From an uncultured Gammaproteobacteria bacterium (GTDB lineage Bacteria; Patescibacteriota; Microgenomatia; UBA10105; UBA927), in the NCBI GenBank assembly GCA_964629685.1, contig CAZVTT010000001.1, positions 449,319 through 513,318 of the forward strand: 64,000 nucleotides of DNA, written 5' to 3'. The notes below the pieces were generated by a model. The model did no database searches, was not told the origin of the DNA, and was given only the letters and a program-made list of their open reading frames with translations. The position numbers and the translations under genes are program-made. Positions 57,371 through 64,000 of the stretch are shown in pieces (the first letter of the stretch is position 1; each line of letters starts with the position of its first letter).

Positions 57371-57523
57371 ATATATAGACTTGTGTTTGTTAGATATGAT
57401 AACAAATCATACTAGGAAATTATAATGTCAAAATGTATTTAATATGCACCTAAAATTGTACTTTAGTAATATTGTTATATAATCACTTCGAATCTTTCCC
57501 AAAATCCAATCCGTGCAATTCAT

Positions 57524-57742
57524 ATGAATCAACTAATACATAATTCTGTGCTAGCAAAACGACTACAACACAAAATAACGCAGGAAGAATTGGCGCGAGC
57601 AGTTAGCGTCACGCGTCAAACAATTATTGCCATTGAAAAAGGAAATTATACCCCATCCGTAGTATTGGCTCTAAAATTGGCAAAATATTTTAAGACTAGT
57701 GTGGAATCATTATTTGGATTGGAGGAAGAGTATGTTGGTTGA
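57524..57742 (+). CDS. XRE-family HTH transcriptional regulator
   Basis: [39 protein letters not shown] Cro/C1 HTH. Confidence 0.8.
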   Translation: MNQLIHNSVLAKRLQHKITQEELARAVSVTRQTIIAIEKGNYTPSVVLALKLAKYFKTSVESLFGLEEEYVG

Positions 57743-58085
57743 AACTCTAAGCGCGTTAATTATTCTGGGAATCGCAATTCTTTTCTTAAATCCGGGTAAT
57801 TTGTCTATGCCGGAGAGTATGGTTTCGATAATGATTGTTACGATTATTATTGCGTTTTTGGCTTTTGCGGCTTTTTTGTTGAAAGAGCAGTCATCTGATG
57901 AACGTGAAGCCATACACGTACTGACTGCAGGTAGAATATCATATTTAGCAGGTGTGGGAGCGCTTATTCTCGGAATAATAATCCAGGGTTTAAAGCATGA
58001 AATCGATGCTTGGCTAGTTATTTCTCTTTGTGTAATGGTTTTTACGAAGCTTCTTTCACGTATATACTCTCACTTTAGAATGTAA
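57732..58085 (+). CDS. Membrane protein partner of the XRE regulator (DUF2178-like)
   Basis: Start at the ATG with GGAGGAAGAG RBS, overlapping the regulator's stop; 3 TM. Confidence 0.5.
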   Translation: MLVETLSALIILGIAILFLNPGNLSMPESMVSIMIVTIIIAFLAFAAFLLKEQSSDEREAIHVLTAGRISYLAGVGALILGIIIQGLKHEIDAWLVISLCVMVFTKLLSRIYSHFRM

Positions 58086-58092
58086 AGTCGAC

Positions 58093-58121
58093 TTGACATT
58101 CGCATCGCTATTCACTACGAT
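58093..58121 (+). promoter_or_regulatory. Sigma70-type promoter for the thioredoxin-like gene
   Basis: TTGACA, 17-nt spacer, TACGAT. Confidence 0.45.
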
Positions 58122-58150
58122 AGAAAAATGATCGGAGGTGGATTTAGTAT

Positions 58151-58717
58151 ATGAAAAATCCAGTAATAATTTTCGTAGTAATTGCAGTTGTTGCAGTTCT
58201 TGGCATGGGTGCATATTCGATGTTTCAGAATTCTTCTCAATCTGATTCCACGATGAAAAAGGATGAGAACATGATGCGCAAGGAAGATGAAGGAATGGAT
58301 AACGGAGATGGCGCGATGATGAAAAAGGATGAGGCCACAATGCAAGACGACAAAATGATGAAAGACGACGGAATGATGGATGAAAAAATGGGCAAAGGCG
58401 GATACGTTCAGTATTCCAAAGCGACTCTTGATGAAGCAGCCGGTAATCGTCGAGTACTGTTTTTCTATGCATCATGGTGTCCAACTTGCAAACCAGCGGA
58501 TGTAAGCTTTACGCAAAACGTAAGTAAAATTCCTGAGGATGTAACGTTAATTCGGGTTAACTACAACGATCCTGAAACGGACCAAGAGGAAAAAGATCTT
58601 GCAAAGAAGTACGCTATAACTTATCAACACACATTTGTGCAGTTAGATGAAACCGGAAAAGAAGTAACAAAGTGGAATGGTGGACAAATAGACGAATTAC
58701 TTTCAAATATTAGGTAA
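58151..58717 (+). CDS. Membrane-anchored thioredoxin-like protein with Met/Asp/Lys-rich low-complexity linker
   Basis: TM anchor; MMRKEDEGMDNGDGAMMKKDEATMQDDKMMKDDGMMDEKMGKG stretch; thioredoxin fold with WCPTC. Confidence 0.75.
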   Translation: MKNPVIIFVVIAVVAVLGMGAYSMFQNSSQSDSTMKKDENMMRKEDEGMDNGDGAMMKKDEATMQDDKMMKDDGMMDEKMGKGGYVQYSKATLDEAAGNRRVLFFYASWCPTCKPADVSFTQNVSKIPEDVTLIRVNYNDPETDQEEKDLAKKYAITYQHTFVQLDETGKEVTKWNGGQIDELLSNIR

Positions 58718-58783
58718 TTTGCGGTTCTGGTTTTTGTCTTACACAGAAGCCAGTATCAGAGGTAATATAATAATAAAACAGTT

Positions 58784-60511
58784 ATGGTATTACTTATCGT
58801 TTTTGCATTTTTAGCAGGGGTCGTGACGATCCTGTCTCCGTGTATTTTGCCGATACTCCCGATAATATTATCTTCGTCGGTCGATTCGTCCGGTAAGCGT
58901 AGACCGTTTGGTGTAGTTACCGGGTTTGTTGTAAGCTTTACTTTTTTTACATTGTTTCTTTCAACGATTGTAAAATTTAGCGGCATTCCTGCTGAATCTC
59001 TCAGATATTTATCCATTGTGTTATTAATTCTTTTTGGATTAAGTCTTTTTGTTCCAGGATTACAGCTATTTGTTGAAACTATTTTGAGCAAGCTAACATC
59101 ACATGTCCCACACGGGAAGAAACGAGATGGGTTTGCCGGAGGTATTCTGGTAGGATTATCGCTTGGCCTATTGTGGACACCGTGTGTGGGTCCCATTTTG
59201 GCTTCCGTTATAAGTTTGGCGTTATCCGGCAGTGTTAACTCTCAGGCAGTGTTAATTACCGTTGCCTATTCACTGGGAACGGCTATTCCTATGTTTATCA
59301 TCATGCAATCGGGGGCCACGGCGTTAAAGAACGTACCCTGGTTACTGAAAAATACTGCTAATATACAAAAAATATTTGGTTTCGTCATGGTTATCACAGC
59401 CACAGGAATATTCTTTAATATCGATCGGCAATTTCAAACATTTATTATCACTAAATTCCCCCAATATGGTACAGGTCTGACTGCATTAGAAGATAATGAT
59501 CTGGTAAAGAATGCGATTACCCGGATAACTCAGCAGCCCGTGAATTCTTCTCTGCTCGGCAAGCCAATGCCGGAAAATTCGCAACCGAAAGGACCGTTAG
59601 CATCGGAGATTATTCCCGGAGGAGAATGGTTTAATACTCCCGGAGGCTCGGCTTTAACGGTAGCCGAATTAAAAGGCAAAGTAGTACTTATAGATTTTTG
59701 GACATATAGCTGTATAAATTGTCAGCGGACATTACCGTATTTACGGCAATGGTGGGAGAAATATAAAAATAACGGATTGATGATTATAGGTGTACATGCT
59801 CCGGAATTTGAATTTGAGAAAAATGCAAAAAATGTACAGCAGGCAATCCATGATTTTTCCATAACCTATCCGGTAGTGCAGGATAATAATTTTGCCACTT
59901 GGCGGGCATATAATAACCGGTATTGGCCAGCAAAATATTTAATAGATAAGGACGGATACGTCCGTTATACCCATTTCGGTGAGGGTGAGTATGATGCTAC
60001 GGAAAAGGTAATCCAACAACTGCTGAAAGAAGCCGGTGAAAATGTTAACACGCAAGTAAACAATCCGAAATACTCTATTTATTCGGCAACTCCTGAAACA
60101 TATTTGGGATATGCAAGGATAGATAATTTTGCTTCCCCGGAGCGTATTGTTCCGGATACGAGTATGACGTATACATTGCCCAAAAATTTAGCCTCCAATC
60201 ACGTAGCTTTTTCCGGTACTTGGGAAATTATGGAAGAATATGCTAATCCGCAACCTGGTGCTGGCCTTTCATTTAATTTTGAATCCCGGGAAGTTTTTTT
60301 GGTAATGAAACCTAAGAAAACGACTGCACGAGTCAGGGTATATGTGGATAATACAATGCAGTATTTTGGGGAAGATACTATAGACGGTACGGTTACGGTA
60401 AACGCTGATAGGCTGTATAGAATTATCTCTCTGCCATCTCCCGGAAAACATATTTTACGGTTAGAATTTCCCGATGGTGAAGTGGAATTATTTGCATTTA
60501 CTTTCGGATAG
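58784..60511 (+). CDS. CcdA/DsbD-type transmembrane thiol-disulfide transporter fused to a thioredoxin-like (redoxin) domain
   Basis: TM cysteines SPCILPILP and TPCVGPIL; periplasmic redoxin FWTYSCINCQRTLPYL; extra C-terminal beta-rich domain of about 150 aa. Confidence 0.8.
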   Translation: MVLLIVFAFLAGVVTILSPCILPILPIILSSSVDSSGKRRPFGVVTGFVVSFTFFTLFLSTIVKFSGIPAESLRYLSIVLLILFGLSLFVPGLQLFVETILSKLTSHVPHGKKRDGFAGGILVGLSLGLLWTPCVGPILASVISLALSGSVNSQAVLITVAYSLGTAIPMFIIMQSGATALKNVPWLLKNTANIQKIFGFVMVITATGIFFNIDRQFQTFIITKFPQYGTGLTALEDNDLVKNAITRITQQPVNSSLLGKPMPENSQPKGPLASEIIPGGEWFNTPGGSALTVAELKGKVVLIDFWTYSCINCQRTLPYLRQWWEKYKNNGLMIIGVHAPEFEFEKNAKNVQQAIHDFSITYPVVQDNNFATWRAYNNRYWPAKYLIDKDGYVRYTHFGEGEYDATEKVIQQLLKEAGENVNTQVNNPKYSIYSATPETYLGYARIDNFASPERIVPDTSMTYTLPKNLASNHVAFSGTWEIMEEYANPQPGAGLSFNFESREVFLVMKPKKTTARVRVYVDNTMQYFGEDTIDGTVTVNADRLYRIISLPSPGKHILRLEFPDGEVELFAFTFG

Positions 60512-60616
60512 CTTCCTGATGCGTTAGATTTGTAAGAATTCTTACAGTTTATTGGTTCGTTTTCTATTTAAATCTTTCAAAGAAGCGAAACCTATTTCAG
60601 CAAATCTTCAGATGGA

Positions 60617-61033
60617 TTGCGTATCATTATGCGTATGAAAACAAATATTTTAGGCGGAATAATTATTAGTATAGTATTGCTGATAGCCGGTTTAGCGCTC
60701 GTGTTTTATCCTAAATCTTCCCCAACTCAGTCCACAACTGCAGTTTCTACTCAAACCGTAAGTCCTACAGCTTCGGTTATTACCCCGGAATCCGGAATGC
60801 AGATATATTCTGAAGCTCAGGTGTCGGCACATAATTCCAGCCAAAGCTGTTGGAGCATTATTGAAGGCAAAGTATATGATCTGACGGCCTACATTCCCCG
60901 TCATAAAGGTGGTCCTGAAAAAATAATAGCTATTTGCGGAAAAGACGGAACGGCAGAATTTAGCGAAGAACATGACGGAAAACAGAAACCGGCAATTGAA
61001 TTAGCCAAAATGTACCTCGGCGATTTACAGTAA
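60617..61033 (+). CDS. Membrane-anchored cytochrome b5-like heme-binding domain protein
   Basis: TM anchor; HNSSQSCWSIIEGKVYDLTAYIPRHKGGPEKI (HPGG-like) and a second His in EEHDG. Confidence 0.6.
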   Translation: MRIIMRMKTNILGGIIISIVLLIAGLALVFYPKSSPTQSTTAVSTQTVSPTASVITPESGMQIYSEAQVSAHNSSQSCWSIIEGKVYDLTAYIPRHKGGPEKIIAICGKDGTAEFSEEHDGKQKPAIELAKMYLGDLQ

Positions 61034-61080
61034 CTGAAAACAACTTCCGGCAAACAAAGTGTAACATATCTAACAGATTA

Positions 61081-61102
61081 TATATTAGAAAATGCTAATA
61101 TA
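61081..61102. promoter_or_regulatory. Inverted repeat upstream of arsR, candidate operator
   Basis: TATATTAG-aaaatg-CTAATATA (8-bp arms, 6-bp spacer), 6 nt upstream of the ATG. Confidence 0.35.
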
Positions 61103-61107
61103 AAAAA

Positions 61108-61374
61108 ATGTCTGATAACATTTATTCAGCGTTAGGAAACAAAACCAGAACTAAACTGGTGTTATGTTTAGCGCAAAAGTCAAAAAATGTCAGTGAACTT
61201 ATTGCTACCTGTGGGTTAGCTCAGTCTGCGGTATCTCAGCATTTATCCAAATTAAAACAATCAGGTTTAGTAAGTGCCAAAAAACAAGGAAAAGAAGTTT
61301 GGTATTCGTTAAGGTTTTCCAAGGCGGCTACTATTTGTAAATTATTTCTGGTGTTAGAACAGGAGGCAAAATGA
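61108..61374 (+). CDS. ArsR/SmtB family transcriptional regulator
   Basis: ALGNKTRTKLVLCLAQKSKNVSELIATCGLAQSAVSQHLSKLKQSGLV wHTH. Confidence 0.8.
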   Translation: MSDNIYSALGNKTRTKLVLCLAQKSKNVSELIATCGLAQSAVSQHLSKLKQSGLVSAKKQGKEVWYSLRFSKAATICKLFLVLEQEAK

Positions 61375-61994
61375 ATCTAGCATATTTTCGGAAAAGTACG
61401 GTAGATAAAGAAACGGCGGTAACACGGGTTAAATCACAAGCAAAAAAAGTAGGTTTAACGGTATTAGGAGAAACCGCAATTTCCGGCGGTAAACATACCG
61501 TAATTCATGTAAGTAATCCTATCTGGTTCGGTAATCTGCTGGCAGCAGATAATAATTTGGTTGGACTGCTTCCAACAGCCGTAACCGTAATGGAAAAAAA
61601 TAGTGAGGTGCTGGTGGGAGTAGGAAGTGCGGCGGTATTGGGCGGAGTTACACAGGATCCCGCAATCCAGAAATTAGCCGGCGAAATAGAACAGGTATAT
61701 AAAGAGCTGGTCCATCATGCCGCTGGTGTGGGACCCCGGAAACCTGAGGGAATTAAATTGTACTCAACCACCACCTGTCCGTACTGTAAAATGGAAGCCT
61801 CATGGTTAGACAGTCACAAAGTAAAGTACTCTGAGGTAAAAGTAGATACAAATCAGTCGGAAGCGGATGAAATGGTGAAAAAAACAGGGCAAATGGGTGT
61901 TCCGGTAACGGAAGTACGATATGAGGACGGAGAGGAAGAATACATTGTGGGATTTGATCAACGGAAATTAGCACAAATATTAGGCATTGTTTAA
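61371..61994 (+). CDS. DUF302 domain fused to glutaredoxin-like domain
   Basis: N-terminal DUF302 pattern (IHVSNPIWFGNLL...LVGLLPTAVTVME). C-terminal IKLYSTTTCPYCKMEASWL glutaredoxin CPYC motif. ATGA overlap with arsR. Confidence 0.7.
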   Translation: MNLAYFRKSTVDKETAVTRVKSQAKKVGLTVLGETAISGGKHTVIHVSNPIWFGNLLAADNNLVGLLPTAVTVMEKNSEVLVGVGSAAVLGGVTQDPAIQKLAGEIEQVYKELVHHAAGVGPRKPEGIKLYSTTTCPYCKMEASWLDSHKVKYSEVKVDTNQSEADEMVKKTGQMGVPVTEVRYEDGEEEYIVGFDQRKLAQILGIV

Positions 61995-62223
61995 AACAAA
62001 GTATATGAAAATAGCTAAAAATGTGGGTGAGTCAGACAGGACAATCCGAGGGGTGATAGGTATTGTGCTCATGGCTGTAGCATTACTTGGACTACAGGGT
62101 GGATTGCAGATTCTGGTTGGTACTATCGGAGTAGTTGTTCTGATAACGGGGTTAGTGGGGTATTGCGGTATATATACGCTTTTAGGAATTCAGTCTTGTC
62201 CGATTCAGAAGAAAGGAAAATAA
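61987..62223 (+). CDS. DUF2892 (YgaP-like) small membrane protein
   Basis: SDRTIRGVIGIVLMAVALLG...GYCGIYTLLGIQSCP pattern. Confidence 0.65.
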   Translation: MFKTKYMKIAKNVGESDRTIRGVIGIVLMAVALLGLQGGLQILVGTIGVVVLITGLVGYCGIYTLLGIQSCPIQKKGK

Positions 62224-62225
62224 TC

Positions 62226-62561
62226 GTGTCAGACATAAATCAGGTAATACCGGAAGTTACGGTTGAAGAAGTAAAGCGTGCAATGGATGTTAAAGAATCG
62301 TTTATTCTTCTGGATGTCAGAACTGCCGGTGAATTTGCACGCGGAGCCTTAAAAGGAAGTGTTAATGTACCGGTTGATGAGGTGGAACGGAGAATTTTAA
62401 CCGTCATACCGGATTTACATGCTAAAGTGTATGTGTATTGTCTAAGCGGATCACGTAGTACATACGCTGTCGGTGAAATGCTGAAATTGGGTTATACCCA
62501 GGTGTTTGATGTTTCTCACGGATTACTAGCCTGGAGAGTAAAAGGGTATCAGGTAGGCTAG
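62226..62561 (+). CDS. Rhodanese-like sulfurtransferase domain protein
   Basis: LLDVRTAGEFARG...VYVYCLSGSRS (active-site Cys loop CLSGSRS). GTG start chosen 3 nt after the upstream stop with GAAAGGAAAA RBS. Confidence 0.7.
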   Translation: MSDINQVIPEVTVEEVKRAMDVKESFILLDVRTAGEFARGALKGSVNVPVDEVERRILTVIPDLHAKVYVYCLSGSRSTYAVGEMLKLGYTQVFDVSHGLLAWRVKGYQVG

Positions 62562-63134
62562 TTACACCTGATTATACCGAAAGCAGGAAACGACATGGTC
62601 GTTAACTATTCCTACTGCCTGCATAAATGCATAACAGATAGTGGGGCCCACAAATTTAAATCCATGGTCCAATAAATCTTTACTCATTTTTTCTGCAATT
62701 TCCGTTTTGGCGGGTATTTCCTGAAGTGATTTGAATGCATGTTTTATGGTTTTTCCATCCGTAAAATTCCAAATATATGTATCAAAACTACCGAATTGTC
62801 GTTGTATTGTTATAAATGACTGTGCGTTACGGATGGTTGCCGCGATTTTGAGTTTATTTCTGATAATTCCCGGATCTGCCAATAATCTGGCAGTATCTGT
62901 TGCGTCGTACCGGGATATTTTTTCAGCGCTAAAGTTATCGAACACCTTTCGGTAATGCTTTCGTTTATGAAGAACGGTGGACCAAGATAGTCCCGCCTGG
63001 GCGCCTTCCAATATAAGCATTTCAAACAGTTTCTGGTCGTGGTGTTCGGGAACTCCCCACTCCAAATCATGGTAGTCAATATATTGTTGGTCCCCGCCGG
63101 ACCAACTGCAGCGAATTACGGTATTTTCCGTCAT
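62562..63134 (-). CDS. tag: DNA-3-methyladenine glycosylase I
   Basis: RCSWSGGDQQYIDYHDLEWGVP...LILEGAQAGLSWSTVL signature. Confidence 0.85.
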   Translation of the reverse strand: MTENTVIRCSWSGGDQQYIDYHDLEWGVPEHHDQKLFEMLILEGAQAGLSWSTVLHKRKHYRKVFDNFSAEKISRYDATDTARLLADPGIIRNKLKIAATIRNAQSFITIQRQFGSFDTYIWNFTDGKTIKHAFKSLQEIPAKTEIAEKMSKDLLDHGFKFVGPTICYAFMQAVGIVNDHVVSCFRYNQV

Positions 63135-63172
63135 AGGTATAACCTTTTGTTATGTGACATACTACTATATAT

Positions 63173-64000
63173 ATGATAGAAATCCTATTTGTCTATCTCT
63201 TATCTTTCATTGTTATCTGGTTCGGTGCAGGTTTAATTATTTCTGCTGTAGATATACTTTCCAAAAATTTACGTATTTCCCGTTTTGCCTTGTCGTTTGT
63301 GGTACTAGGGCTATTAACGTCTATACCTGAGTTTGCAGTCGGATTGACCGCTATACACGAACGAACTCCGGAAATTTTTGTGGGCAACCTGCTTGGCGGA
63401 ATTCCGGTTATATTTCTGTTTGTTATACCGGTGTTGGCGATTCTGGGAAATGGTATCCGAATTAATCATGAATTTAACGGATGGAAAATGCCGCTTACGT
63501 TTGCGGCGATAATTATTCCTTCCCTGCTTGTTCTGGACGGTTCTGTAAATAATGCTGAAGGTATCGTAATGATCCTTATGTATTTTATATCGTTAGCGCT
63601 GATAGAAAATAAAAATCGCAAGAACGTATTAAAATCTCCGCAAAAAAAGACTCAGACCATTAAATTGGGTATGCTGTTTCTGAAAGCAGTAATCGGAGTA
63701 ATTCTTATATATGGATCAAGTCAGATTATTGTAAGCAGAACAATTTATCTGGCAAAAGTTCTGCAGGTTTCTTCTTTTTACATAAGTTTGATTGGTGTTT
63801 CTTTGGGAACAAACTTACCAGAGCTGTCTTTAGCAATAAGATCTATTTTGCAGAAGAAGAAAGATATAGCCTTCGGGGATTATATGGGTTCGGCTGCTGC
63901 CAATACGTTGTTATTCGGAGTATTTACGCTAGTAAACCATGGGGAATCATTTAAAGTGGGAAACTTCGTATTTACTTTTCTTATAATTCTAACGGGACTA
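63173..64000 (+). CDS. CaCA-family cation/Ca2+ antiporter (YrbG-like), 3' end beyond window
   Basis: Open frame from the ATG at 63173 to the window edge. Alpha-repeat motifs GLTAIHERTPEIFVGNLLGG and SLGTNLPELSLAI; 10 TM. Missing from the ORF track because no stop falls in the window. Confidence 0.7.
   Translation, partial: MIEILFVYLLSFIVIWFGAGLIISAVDILSKNLRISRFALSFVVLGLLTSIPEFAVGLTAIHERTPEIFVGNLLGGIPVIFLFVIPVLAILGNGIRINHEFNGWKMPLTFAAIIIPSLLVLDGSVNNAEGIVMILMYFISLALIENKNRKNVLKSPQKKTQTIKLGMLFLKAVIGVILIYGSSQIIVSRTIYLAKVLQVSSFYISLIGVSLGTNLPELSLAIRSILQKKKDIAFGDYMGSAAANTLLFGVFTLVNHGESFKVGNFVFTFLIILTGL

Noticed and set aside
63193-63387. 64-aa minus-strand ORF
   Set aside because: Antisense to the CaCA antiporter gene, which is open to the window end.
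1-64000. CRISPR arrays, IS elements, integrases, rRNA
   Set aside because: I saw no regularly spaced direct repeats with unique spacers, no transposase or integrase-like ORFs, and no rRNA-like conserved segments in this window.

Overview
Low-GC bacterial chromosomal segment with densely packed genes on both strands. The organism is not identified. No rRNA, CRISPR array, transposase or integrase was seen.

Backbone genes: the end of an ABC-2 type transporter (ATPase plus two permeases), a LytR_C-domain membrane protein, miaB-miaA tRNA modification genes, an AI-2E transporter, a complete type IV pilus locus (pilB, pilC, pseudopilins, a PilM-PilN fusion, PilO, two pilin paralogs) followed by comM, secDF, cca, recJ, a YbaK deacylase, a D-Ala-D-Ala carboxypeptidase, gltX, a mntH-dtxR operon, era and an HhH-GPD glycosylase.

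RNA genes missed by the ORF track: an RNase P RNA on the minus strand (about 6558-6976, lying under two spurious ORFs) and a tRNA-Gln(CUG) at 46027-46097.

Most unusual loci:
(1) A three-gene module (7060-11222) encoding a MIO-type aromatic amino acid ammonia-lyase/aminomutase, a PaaK/F390-synthetase-like adenylating ligase and a divergent ThiF/E1-like protein, next to a HisKA_7TM sensor kinase and a CheY-like receiver.
(2) A roughly 1.7 kb gene-poor, hairpin-dense region (35260-36950) with two related minus-strand terminators, nested inverted repeats, two small RBS-supported ORFs and a promoter-to-terminator candidate sRNA.
(3) A small accessory array downstream of tRNA-Gln (46027-48600) in which short genes (GIY-YIG, an unknown 207 aa protein, a HAD-like protein, an ArsR-YciI pair) are separated by degenerate copies of the tRNA 3' end. 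This looks like successive att-like insertions.
(4) A general-stress gene cluster with an unannotated 26 aa membrane micropeptide (49870-51310), next to a multi-PAS two-component system with candidate direct-repeat binding sites.
(5) A thiol/sulfur redox island (58151-62561): a Met-rich thioredoxin, a CcdA-redoxin fusion, a cytochrome b5-like protein, ArsR, a DUF302-glutaredoxin fusion, DUF2892 and a rhodanese.

All calls come from reading the sequence and ORF translations. Family assignments rest on recognised motifs and need confirmation by database search.
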